53,808 bases of DNA from a virus (lineage: Duplodnaviria > Caudoviricetes): IMG/VR virus record IMGVR_UViG_3300020294_000007, positions 1-53,808 of that record; one strand, given 5' to 3'. This document shows, piece after piece, positions 36,307 through 45,008 of the stretch (the stretch's first letter is position 1; each line of letters opens with the position of its first letter). The notes below the pieces were generated by a model. The model made no database searches. It was given only the letters and a program-made list of their open reading frames with translations, and was not told where the DNA came from. The position numbers and the translations under genes were made by a program.

Positions 36307-36461
36307 CTTGAAGCTATGTGCATCTACGATCACTGGTTTCATTTTGAAGGCTAGGGAGATTCCCTAACTAGTTCTTGAGATGGTGGGGATAGTTTGAAGG
36401 CTACCAAGTTTTTGGTAGGAGGAAGACTTGAAGCTATGTGCATCTACGATCACTGGTTTCA
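36307..36461. repeat. 35-bp exact direct repeat x2
   Basis: CTTGAAGCTATGTGCATCTACGATCACTGGTTTCA at 36307-36341 and 36427-36461. Confidence 0.95.
36351..36378. repeat. Dyad copy 7 with inverted extended arm
   Basis: CTAGGGAGATTCCCTAACTAGTTCTTGA. Confidence 0.95.
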
Positions 36462-36477
36462 AAGGGGCCGTAGCCCC
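36461..36477 (-). terminator. Hairpin with C(UACG)G loop after the 36484 gene
   Basis: - strand GGGGC-TACG-GCCCC-TTT. Confidence 0.55.
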
Positions 36478-36483
36478 ATGAAA

Positions 36484-36729
36484 CTAACCATCGTTTTCTG
36501 TGATGTTTGGGAGATCGAAGTTAAAACTCTCTTGCCCAGATGGGAGACTAACTACTCGGGTTCCCTGTATTGCAAACTCCTCTAATCTTTCCAGTAGATC
36601 TTTCCGTTGTTGTTTTGTTATTCCGACTCGTTCTCTTGCAATCAACGTATAGAGTATTGATGTAGGAACAGCGGTGTAACCAATGTAACCGTGATAGGTT
36701 TTGAATTGAAATGTTGTTTGGTCATTCAT
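36484..36729 (-). CDS. Hypothetical protein
   Basis: GAGGA RBS. Confidence 0.7.
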   Translation of the reverse strand: MNDQTTFQFKTYHGYIGYTAVPTSILYTLIARERVGITKQQRKDLLERLEEFAIQGTRVVSLPSGQESFNFDLPNITENDG

Positions 36730-36745
36730 TTTTAGATCCTCTAAT

Positions 36746-36773
36746 AAAAAAAGAAGGGACCCCGTAGGGTCCC
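36746..36773 (-). terminator. Intrinsic terminator
   Basis: - strand GGGACCC-TACG-GGGTCCC-TTCTTTTTTT. Confidence 0.8.
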
Positions 36774-36782
36774 AAGATGTGA

Positions 36783-36799
36783 CTAGGGAAATTCCCTAG
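36783..36799. repeat. Dyad copy 8 CTAGGGA-AAT-TCCCTAG
   Basis: Lies 4 nt after the stop of the 36804 gene. Confidence 0.95.
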
Positions 36800-36803
36800 C
36801 AAG

Positions 36804-37436
36804 TTACTCAGAGATCAGAGTCTTTGTTTTCTCTAACTCTTTAGCAAGTTGCATGCCCACGTTGAGCCAATCGCGTAGTTCACTGTTCTGATCCGCGCAT
36901 AGGCTCTCAGCATACTTGAACTTATTGCTAGTTTGCGCCGCCTTTCTAGCCTTTTCCGCCTCGGCTATAGCCTTGAGCAATCGCTCATGTGGTGGATTGG
37001 CTACTCGCGCGCCGCCCTGCTTGATTGACTCGGCTTTGTTAAACCTAGTCTTCATAGCATTACGGAAGTCTTTCATGGCGGTCCCTTTCTGATCCTGCCA
37101 GTACTTGCAATTAGCTTTGGTAAAGGCCAGTTTGCCTTCGCCTTCACCGTTTAGCCTAGGATCGTCTTGCTTAAGGTAGGCCATAATGAAACCCTCTTTC
37201 GGGAATTTCTGTTTACAGATAGTATCCTTAAGCCTGCCTAGAAAGGCCTCAGACAAGATCGCGTCTTTGCCTTTGTTCTTGGCGGTGCTGACTAGTAGAT
37301 CCTCTAGTCCTGCTCCCATGTCTACTAACTGCTGATATAGCTGATCCGCTACTTCGCTAGCCTTCGCGCCGAACTCAGTGAATTGGCGGGTGAGTGACAA
37401 GAACAAGTCTTGTCCTTTCTTTGTAAATGAACTCAT
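36804..37436 (-). CDS. First gene of the early arm, hypothetical protein
   Basis: Start moved to ATG 37436 (MSSFTKK) with an AAGGA RBS; has its own promoter and terminator. Confidence 0.7.
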   Translation of the reverse strand: MSSFTKKGQDLFLSLTRQFTEFGAKASEVADQLYQQLVDMGAGLEDLLVSTAKNKGKDAILSEAFLGRLKDTICKQKFPKEGFIMAYLKQDDPRLNGEGEGKLAFTKANCKYWQDQKGTAMKDFRNAMKTRFNKAESIKQGGARVANPPHERLLKAIAEAEKARKAAQTSNKFKYAESLCADQNSELRDWLNVGMQLAKELEKTKTLISE

Positions 37437-37490
37437 AATGAGTATCCTTTGTTGGTTTACTGCCTCGGCCCCTTGCCGAAACATGACTAA

Positions 37491-37518
37491 ACTTTAGCAT
37501 ACTTTTCGGATCTCGCAA
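37491..37518 (-). promoter_or_regulatory. Sigma70-like promoter (extended -10)
   Basis: TTGCGA-N16-TAAAGT with TGn before the -10. Confidence 0.5.
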
Positions 37519-37535
37519 TACAATGCTTCCCTTGA

Positions 37536-37559
37536 CTAGGGAATTTCCCTAGCGACAAC
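37536..37559. repeat. Dyad copy 9 CTAGGGA-ATT-TCCCTAG plus CGACAAC
   Basis: Shares a 23-bp inverted identity with copy 5. Confidence 0.95.
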
Positions 37560-37705
37560 CCTACCCACCCCCTATGCCCCCAATTCCAAGATTAGTTACA
37601 TACCAACTTATATATTACTAATCTGCACGAACGATCTGTAAAATTTTGAGTTTTGCTATACCCCCTCTCTTCTGAGCGCACCCCCCTTGTTTATTTAAGT
37701 CCCCC

Positions 37706-37733
37706 TTGTAAAAAAATTTTTTTCATGTATAAA
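37706..37733 (+). promoter_or_regulatory. Possible promoter of the packaging/structural arm
   Basis: TTGTAA-N16-TATAAA upstream of terS. Confidence 0.4.
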
Positions 37734-37764
37734 TCGGTTTTACGGCTTAGACCTGCGATTACAT

Positions 37765-38346
37765 ATGGCGTTACACATAAAACCCGAGTCTGGGGTAGAA
37801 GTGGCTGAATCCGATCCCGTTGTTGATTTGAAAGACAGGGCAGAGGCCGCATCCAACACAATCGAGAAGCTTGCCGAACACGGTTTAGAGATAACCCCTA
37901 ACAAAGAAGATAAGGACAACGCTGCAAAACTAGTTGCTGCATATGCAGAAGATCCTGAAGGTACGTCTAAGAAAGTGACCACCAAGAAAGCAGCCACCCT
38001 TACCCCCGCTTCTTTGCTACTCACGGACAACATACTTAGAGAGTTTGGGCAGTCCGTTGTAGAAAGTTCCTTACATATCAGACACTTAGTAACCAACAAA
38101 CTAGTGCTGGAGTCTGAGAACCCTGACCCCCGTATACGTATGAGGGCTTTGGAACTACTGGGTAAGATATCAGATGTGGGTCTCTTCTCTGAGAAATCAG
38201 AGGTGACGATTACGCATCAGTCTACGGATGACCTGCGTGAGAAGCTGAAAGGTAAGCTGGAAAAGCTTGTTGCAGGAGAAGTGGTGGAAGCACCCGTCAT
38301 TGTAAATGTGAAGGAGGAACTAGGGCTGGAAGACTACGATGACTGA
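37765..38346 (+). CDS. terS: Probable terminase small subunit
   Basis: Directly upstream of and overlapping terL; RMRALELLGKISDVGLF motif. Confidence 0.65.
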   Translation: MALHIKPESGVEVAESDPVVDLKDRAEAASNTIEKLAEHGLEITPNKEDKDNAAKLVAAYAEDPEGTSKKVTTKKAATLTPASLLLTDNILREFGQSVVESSLHIRHLVTNKLVLESENPDPRIRMRALELLGKISDVGLFSEKSEVTITHQSTDDLREKLKGKLEKLVAGEVVEAPVIVNVKEELGLEDYDD

Positions 38347-39889
38347 GGCCGCGTTAGACTTCTCCGAGGAAGATATCCAGAAGATGCTGGACAACATTGA
38401 CTCTTTCTCCCCTGACGAAGTAGTAGAGATAGACCGTATTGTGGACGAGTTAGCCTCTCGGAAACAAAACGAATTGGCCTACAATGATTTGATAGAGTTC
38501 TGCAAGCGTATGCAGCCAGATTACATTGTAGGCAAACACCACCGCATACTATCAAAGATGCTCATGGACATTGAGCAGGGCAACAAAGACCGAATATGCG
38601 TCAACATACCGCCAAGACACGGCAAGTCTCAGTTAGTATCTATTTACTTCCCAGCGTGGTTTTTGGGTAGGAACCCGAATAAGAAAGTAATGATGGTGTC
38701 GCACACGACTGATCTGGCGGTGGACTTTGGTAGAAAGGTACGGAACCTGATTGCTACGGATGAGTACAAGAGTATTTTTCCTACGGTTGCACTATCAATA
38801 GATTCTAAGTCGGCAGGTAGATGGAATACAAACGTGGGCGGTGAATATTACGCCTGTGGTATTGGCTCGTCTATCGCAGGTAGAGGTGCAGACTTACTGT
38901 TGGTGGACGACCCTCACTCTGAGCAGGATGTGATTAACGGTAACTTTGAGGTATTTGAGAAAGCCTACGAGTGGTTCACCTTTGGAGCACGGACTCGTCT
39001 GATGCCGGGTGGTCGTGTGGCAATCATACAGACTAGATGGCATATGGATGACCTGACGGGCAGAGTAACACGGGACATGGTGAACAATGATCGCTCTGAC
39101 CAATATGAAGTGGTGGAGTTCCCTGCTATATTAGATACGGCAGATAAAGATAACAAACCTATACAGAAACCCCTGTGGCCTGAGTTTTTTGACTTAGATG
39201 CGTTACTACGTACCAAGGCATCTATGCCGACCTTCCAATGGAACGCACAGTACCAGCAGGAACCTACCGCAGAAGAAGCGGCTTTGGTCAAACGAGAGTG
39301 GTGGCAGTCATGGGAGCAGGAACGGCCTCCTGAATGCGAGTACATTATTATGTCACTGGACGCAGCAGCAGAAACGCACAACCGTGCTGACTATACTGCG
39401 CTGACTACGTGGGGGGTATTTTTTAATGAGAGTGAAAATGCGTACCACATCATCCTGCTGAATAGTATAAAGAAGCGTCTGGAGTTTCCTGAACTGAAAG
39501 ACTTGGCGATGGAGGAGTATAATGACTGGGAGCCTGACTCGTTTATCGTGGAGAAGAAGAGCGCAGGGACAGCCCTGTACCAAGAGATGAGACGCATGGG
39601 ACTGCCCGTGCAGGAGTACACGCCACACAGGGGGTCGGGGGACAAGTTAGCGCGATTGAATTCAGTTGCAGATATCGTAGCATCAGGTATGGTGTGGATG
39701 CCGATAACTAGGTGGGCAGAAGAAGTAATAGAAGAGATTGCAGGGTTTCCATTTATGAGCCATGATGACCTCGTGGACAGCACGGTTATGGCGTTGATGA
39801 GATTCAGACAAGGTGGGTTTATCCGTCTACCAACGGATGAGCCAGAAGAAACACGCTACTTCAAACAAAGGCGGGGTGGATACTACTAA
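38339..39889 (+). CDS. terL: Terminase large subunit
   Basis: PPRHGKS Walker A, LLLVDDPH Walker B, QTRWH..DL, YQQEP, nuclease SLD and HDDLVDS motifs. Confidence 0.95.
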   Translation: MTEAALDFSEEDIQKMLDNIDSFSPDEVVEIDRIVDELASRKQNELAYNDLIEFCKRMQPDYIVGKHHRILSKMLMDIEQGNKDRICVNIPPRHGKSQLVSIYFPAWFLGRNPNKKVMMVSHTTDLAVDFGRKVRNLIATDEYKSIFPTVALSIDSKSAGRWNTNVGGEYYACGIGSSIAGRGADLLLVDDPHSEQDVINGNFEVFEKAYEWFTFGARTRLMPGGRVAIIQTRWHMDDLTGRVTRDMVNNDRSDQYEVVEFPAILDTADKDNKPIQKPLWPEFFDLDALLRTKASMPTFQWNAQYQQEPTAEEAALVKREWWQSWEQERPPECEYIIMSLDAAAETHNRADYTALTTWGVFFNESENAYHIILLNSIKKRLEFPELKDLAMEEYNDWEPDSFIVEKKSAGTALYQEMRRMGLPVQEYTPHRGSGDKLARLNSVADIVASGMVWMPITRWAEEVIEEIAGFPFMSHDDLVDSTVMALMRFRQGGFIRLPTDEPEETRYFKQRRGGYY

Positions 39890-42312
39890 TGGCTATTGAA
39901 AAAGGATTATATGCGGCACCGGAAGGACTCGAAGAAGAACAGGGTGAAGGACTAGAAATAGAGATAGTTGACCCTGAAATGGTGACGCTGGATGACGGCA
40001 GTATGGAGATAACCATAGTACCTGATGCCAATATAGGGGACATGACCGACTTTGATGCGAACTTGGCAGAGTTTTTAGAAGACAATGCACTGTCTTTGAT
40101 CGCAGATGATGTCATGGGGCTGGTTGCATCGGACATGGATGCACGAAAAGAGTGGGCAGACACCTTCGTAGAGGGGCTTGACCTGCTTGGCCTCAAGATA
40201 GAGGAACGATCTGAACCATTTCAGAGCGCATGTGGTGTATTTTCTACCGTTTTATCCGAAGCTGCCATACGTTTTCAGGCAGAAACCATGAGTGAAACCT
40301 TTCCTGCGGCTGGCCCTGTGCGAACAAAGGTCATAGGAGAGGAAGATAAGGACAAATTAGAGGCAGCAGACCGTGTAAAAGCGGATATGAACTACGAATT
40401 GACCGAAAAAATGGTCGAATATAGGTCAGAACACGAAAGATTGCTCTATAGTTTGGGTTTAGCAGGGTCTGCGTTCAAAAAAGTCTACTTTGACCCCAAT
40501 TTAGGGCGACAAGTTGCTATGTATATACCCGCAGAAGACGTAATTGTGCCCTACGGAGCGTCAAACATAGAAACCGCAGAGCGTGTGACCCACATAATGC
40601 GGAAAACTAAGAACGAATTGCGTAAATTACAGGCCAGTGGCTTCTATAAGGATGTAGAACTGGGAGATCCCATCCCTTATCACTCTGATATAGAGGAGAG
40701 AAAGGCAAAAGACAGTGGATACTCTATGTCTGATGACGATAGGTACGCAGTCTATGAGATACATGCTGATATGGTCATAGATGGTATAGACGATGAGGAC
40801 GATATCGCTAAACCTTACGTAGTGACCATAGAAAGAGGCAACAATGCGGTGCTTGCCATCAGAAGGAATTGGAATCCTGATGACCCACTCCAGTTAAAGC
40901 GCCAACACTTCGTACATTACGTATATGTCCCCGGATTTGGCTTCTATGGCCTTGGGCTTATACATATCGTAGGGGGGTACGCTAAAGCAGGTACGTCCAT
41001 TATACGACAGTTGGTGGACGCAGGTACGCTTGCTAACTTACCAGCAGGGTTGAAGACTCGTGGGCTACGTGTCACAGGAGATGACACCCCGATAGAACCG
41101 GGGGAGTTTAAGGACGTAGATGTACCGTCTGGTAGCATCAAAGATAACATTATGCCGCTGCCCTACAAGGAACCTAGCCAAACATTACTAGCCTTACTAG
41201 ATAAAATAACTAACGAGGGCCGTAGATTAGGGGCGATTAGTGACATGAATATTTCTGATATGTCAGCTAATGCACCCGTAGGTACTACCTTGGCGTTATT
41301 AGAAAGAACTCTGAAGCCTATGGCGGCAGTTCAGTCTCGTGTTCACTACGCCATGAAACAAGAGTTTAAACTACTGAAAGCAATCATGTCTCAGTACGCC
41401 CCTGCGGAATACGGGTATCAACCTAACCGTGGAGAGGTAAGCGCCAGAGAAGCAGATTACATGTTGGTGGATGTTATACCCGTCAGTGACCCCAATAGTT
41501 CTACAATGGCGCAAAGAGTCGTTCAATACCAAGCAGTATTACAGATGGCACAATCTGCCCCACAGATATATAATCTTCCGCAGCTACACAGGCAGATGAT
41601 AGAAGTTTTAGGTATAAAGAACGCAGATAAACTTGTTCCGATAGAGGATGATGCTAAACCTACTGATCCTATTAGTGAGAATATGAACGCACTTATGGGT
41701 AAACCATTAAAAGCTTTTATATATCAAGACCACGCGGCACATATTGCAGCTCATGAAGCGTTTATGAAAGATCCTATGATTGCCCAAGCCATAGGCAAAA
41801 ATCCACAGGCCCAGCGAATCATGGCAGGATTACAGGCGCACATAGCAGAACATTATGCGTTCTTGTATAGACAACAGATAGAGAAGCGGTTGGGAGCTTC
41901 GTTACCCGCACCTAATTCTGAACTTCCTGAGAATTTAGAAGTCGCATTGTCAAGTCTAGTTGCTAAGGCAGCAGAACAAGTTACTCAAGGCAATCAGCAG
42001 AAAGCGGCACAGATGGAAGCGCAACAGAAAGCGCAAGATCCGGTTGTTCAGATGAAGCAAGCAGAGTTGCAGCTTGAAGCTCAGAAGGTACAGCAGAAAG
42101 GCGATAAGGATGCTGCAGAGCTTGGGTTAAAAGAACGAGAGCAGACACGCAAAGAGAAGAAGGATGCGGCAGATCTGGCTATGGACAATCAAGAATTAGC
42201 GTTAGAGATTGATAAAGCAAAGGTAGATATGACCCTAGACATACAAGAAGCACAGCGAAATGTTAACGATAGTATTACGGATATAGTTAACAGAGGGGCT
42301 GATAGAGAATAA
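39889..42312 (+). CDS. Portal protein
   Basis: 807 aa after terL; GSAFKKVYFD, GFGFYGLGL; Gln-rich coiled-coil C-terminus. Confidence 0.85.
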   Translation: MAIEKGLYAAPEGLEEEQGEGLEIEIVDPEMVTLDDGSMEITIVPDANIGDMTDFDANLAEFLEDNALSLIADDVMGLVASDMDARKEWADTFVEGLDLLGLKIEERSEPFQSACGVFSTVLSEAAIRFQAETMSETFPAAGPVRTKVIGEEDKDKLEAADRVKADMNYELTEKMVEYRSEHERLLYSLGLAGSAFKKVYFDPNLGRQVAMYIPAEDVIVPYGASNIETAERVTHIMRKTKNELRKLQASGFYKDVELGDPIPYHSDIEERKAKDSGYSMSDDDRYAVYEIHADMVIDGIDDEDDIAKPYVVTIERGNNAVLAIRRNWNPDDPLQLKRQHFVHYVYVPGFGFYGLGLIHIVGGYAKAGTSIIRQLVDAGTLANLPAGLKTRGLRVTGDDTPIEPGEFKDVDVPSGSIKDNIMPLPYKEPSQTLLALLDKITNEGRRLGAISDMNISDMSANAPVGTTLALLERTLKPMAAVQSRVHYAMKQEFKLLKAIMSQYAPAEYGYQPNRGEVSAREADYMLVDVIPVSDPNSSTMAQRVVQYQAVLQMAQSAPQIYNLPQLHRQMIEVLGIKNADKLVPIEDDAKPTDPISENMNALMGKPLKAFIYQDHAAHIAAHEAFMKDPMIAQAIGKNPQAQRIMAGLQAHIAEHYAFLYRQQIEKRLGASLPAPNSELPENLEVALSSLVAKAAEQVTQGNQQKAAQMEAQQKAQDPVVQMKQAELQLEAQKVQQKGDKDAAELGLKEREQTRKEKKDAADLAMDNQELALEIDKAKVDMTLDIQEAQRNVNDSITDIVNRGADRE

Positions 42313-42509
42313 TGGCAGATAACATATTTACTGTACTAAATAAAAAGTTTGTAGAAGATAGAGCTTCTGCTATAGAATCTCTTACATCTGGAGCAGCCAA
42401 AGACTTTGCCCAGTACAAAGAGACAACAGGTTACATTCGAGGTCTGGAAACCTGTATGCGAACTGTGAATGACCTCTCGCGCAACTACATGGACGGTGAT
42501 GATGAGTGA
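42312..42509 (+). CDS. Hypothetical protein
   Basis: Coupled ORF; Y...GYIRGL. Confidence 0.7.
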   Translation: MADNIFTVLNKKFVEDRASAIESLTSGAAKDFAQYKETTGYIRGLETCMRTVNDLSRNYMDGDDE

Positions 42510-42873
42510 AGCTGAAAATATAAGTGAAGAACAGTTAGAAGCAATGATCCCCTTGCCTGTGGGCTATAGAGTGCTTATAGCACTGCCGCAGGTAGAAGAG
42601 ACGTTTGACGGTACCGAACTTCTTAAATCGTCACAGACGAGGAATGAAGAACACGTTATGTCAATAATAGGGTTAGTCGTAGACATGGGCGAACAAGCGT
42701 ATGCCGATAAAGAACGTTTTCCTACGGGTGCATGGTGCAAACAAGGCGATTATGTCATGTTTCGCGCTAATTCAGGCACACGTTTTAGGATAGGTAATAC
42801 TGAATATCGTCTTATGAACGATGACTCTATAGAAGCTGTCGTACCTGACCCAACTGGAATATCACGAGTATAA
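42502..42873 (+). CDS. groES: GroES/Cpn10-like co-chaperonin
   Basis: PVGYRVLI, G.VVDMG, WCKQGDYVMF...G, EYRLMNDDSIEAVV. Confidence 0.8.
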   Translation: MSEAENISEEQLEAMIPLPVGYRVLIALPQVEETFDGTELLKSSQTRNEEHVMSIIGLVVDMGEQAYADKERFPTGAWCKQGDYVMFRANSGTRFRIGNTEYRLMNDDSIEAVVPDPTGISRV

Positions 42874-42882
42874 GGACTTATT

Positions 42883-43941
42883 ATGCCATTTCAAAAAGTA
42901 GAATTTGAGTTTCCTGATCCCGATGCTGTCGAAGAGGATACAGAAATAGAAATAGAACCTTCTAGTGAGATAGAGGTAGAAATACCGGGCAAAGAAAAGC
43001 CTGTTGTTGAGGAAGCGGTTGAACCTGAACCCGAACTCGAACCTGAATTGGAGATAGTTGATGACGTACCTAAAAAGGACAGGAATCGTACTCCGTCTGA
43101 ACCACCTGAAGATGTCACTGAAGAAGAGTTGGAAAACTATTCAGACAAAGTTCGTAACAGGATACGACACTTTAGTAAAGGGTATCACGATGAACGGAGG
43201 GCTAAAGAAACTGCTGAAAGGCAAACTCAAGAGTTGGAAAGTCTGGCTCAAAGACTCTTGGATGAAAATAAAGAGTTAAAAGGTAACCTGTCGAAAAACA
43301 AAGACGTTCTTTATAAACAAGCAGAACGAGCCGTAGAGAGTGATTTAGCTAACGCCACCAGAGAATACAAAGCAGCATACGAAGAAGGCGATGCAGATAA
43401 ACTGCTAAAAGCACAACAAGCTCTTACGAAAGCGGAAATAGCTTCTCAAAGATTATCTAAATTAAGTAGTGAAGAGGCTTTACAACCTAATCAAAATACA
43501 TTACAAACTAGTCCTGAGAATGTAAAAGATTTATTGCCTGAATCTGCAAAAGTACAAGTTGACCCAAGGGCACTTGACTGGCAACAAAAAAACAAATGGT
43601 TCGGTAGTTTAGAACATGAACCAGAAACTGCTTTTGCTTTAGGGCTACACAAACAAATCACTGAGGTGGAAAAAGTATCTGCTGAAAGCGATGAATACTA
43701 TGAGAAGTTATCTTCTCGTATGCAAGCAAAGTTTCCCGAACTATTCGAGGGGACCAATGAACAGGAGGTAAGTACACCTAAATCAAAACCAGCTAATGTG
43801 GTTGCCCCCGCAACGCGGAGCACAGCACCTAAAAAAATTAGGTTAACGCAAACACAAGTGGCTTTGGCAAAAAGATTGGGGCTTACTCCCGCACAGTACG
43901 CCAAACAGGTTGCATTAGATATGAGGAACAATAATGGCTGA
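42883..43941 (+). CDS. Capsid scaffolding protein (probable)
   Basis: Acidic N-terminus, coiled coil, basic C-terminal helix pair LT..QVALAKRLGLT..QYA; upstream of the capsid gene. Confidence 0.7.
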   Translation: MPFQKVEFEFPDPDAVEEDTEIEIEPSSEIEVEIPGKEKPVVEEAVEPEPELEPELEIVDDVPKKDRNRTPSEPPEDVTEEELENYSDKVRNRIRHFSKGYHDERRAKETAERQTQELESLAQRLLDENKELKGNLSKNKDVLYKQAERAVESDLANATREYKAAYEEGDADKLLKAQQALTKAEIASQRLSKLSSEEALQPNQNTLQTSPENVKDLLPESAKVQVDPRALDWQQKNKWFGSLEHEPETAFALGLHKQITEVEKVSAESDEYYEKLSSRMQAKFPELFEGTNEQEVSTPKSKPANVVAPATRSTAPKKIRLTQTQVALAKRLGLTPAQYAKQVALDMRNNNG

Positions 43942-44383
43942 GAACAGATTAGATCGTCAGTTAGAAACAAGGGAAAAAACAACCAGAACGAGGCATTGGC
44001 AGCGACCAGAAGTTTTACCTTCTCCCACGCCTGAAGATGGTTATGTTTTCCGTTGGATACGAGTAGCATCTCGTGGTACAACTGATGCCACAAATGTTTC
44101 CTCTAAATTACGAGAAGGTTGGGAACCAGTAAAAGCGGCAGATCATCCAGAAATTACATTAGTCAGCGTAGAGAACGAACGGTTCTCCGACAATATAGTG
44201 ATGGGCGGTTTAATGCTTTGCAAGGCTCCAGAAGAGATGATAGAGGAGCGTAGTGAATATTACGAAACTCAAACTAAATCTCAGATGCAGTCCGTGGATA
44301 ACAACCTCATGAGAGAAAGTGACGCTCGTATGCCTATCTTTAATGAGAGGAAAACGAAAGTTACTTTTGGAAACGGAACTTAA
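43934..44383 (+). CDS. Conserved head-module protein
   Basis: GYVFRWIR, REGWEPV, GGLMLCK motifs. Confidence 0.7.
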   Translation: MAENRLDRQLETREKTTRTRHWQRPEVLPSPTPEDGYVFRWIRVASRGTTDATNVSSKLREGWEPVKAADHPEITLVSVENERFSDNIVMGGLMLCKAPEEMIEERSEYYETQTKSQMQSVDNNLMRESDARMPIFNERKTKVTFGNGT

Positions 44384-44402
44384 TTATAGGAGTGTATAAG
44401 CG

Positions 44403-44996
44403 ATGGCTTATCCAACTATTGCTGCCCCTTATGGGCTAATTCCGGTAAAACTGTTAAGCGGTGTTCCTTTTGTTGGTACGACTCGGCATTATTCTATTGC
44501 TAGTGGTTATGCTACTGATATTTTTTACGGGGACGCTGTTAAACTTGTTACCGGAGGCACTGTCGAGCGTGATACGTTTGATGCTGCCATGACACCTATC
44601 GGTGTCTTCTTAGGGTGTTCATTTACTGACCCCGGTACAAGTCAGCCTACGTTCAAGCAGTATTACCCTGCTAGTACGGCAGCGTCTGATATACAAGCTT
44701 ACGTTGTAGATGCCACAGATGTACTGTTCAAAGTAGCAGTTGTATCTTCAGGCGAAACGATTGGCGATCTGGCAATTACTGATATAGGTGCTAATGTAGC
44801 TGGTGTGGATAACACTGGTAGTACCATTACTGGTAATTCTAAGAGTGCTATATCTGACACTTCTGCAACAACTAGTTCGCTACCTTTTCGCATTGTCGAT
44901 CTCGTGCAAGAGACTAAAAACTCTTCAGGTGGCTTCACAGAGGCTCTTGTCAAGTGGAACGCTGGACATGCCTTCGATAATACAACCGGAATATAG
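44403..44996 (+). CDS. Putative capsid decoration/minor head protein
   Basis: Beta-rich, immediately before the MCP gene, AGGAG RBS. Confidence 0.55.
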   Translation: MAYPTIAAPYGLIPVKLLSGVPFVGTTRHYSIASGYATDIFYGDAVKLVTGGTVERDTFDAAMTPIGVFLGCSFTDPGTSQPTFKQYYPASTAASDIQAYVVDATDVLFKVAVVSSGETIGDLAITDIGANVAGVDNTGSTITGNSKSAISDTSATTSSLPFRIVDLVQETKNSSGGFTEALVKWNAGHAFDNTTGI

Positions 44997-45008
44997 GAGT
45001 AGCGTAAA

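Noticed and set aside
36307-36461. CRISPR mini-array (35-bp repeats)
   Set aside because: Only two copies, the 85-bp interval is too long and is itself built of dyads, and no cas operon is present.
35788-36585. ORFs 35788..36048 (-) and 36394..36585 (+)
   Set aside because: They run across promoter, iteron and repeat sequence, lack a convincing RBS and have atypical composition.
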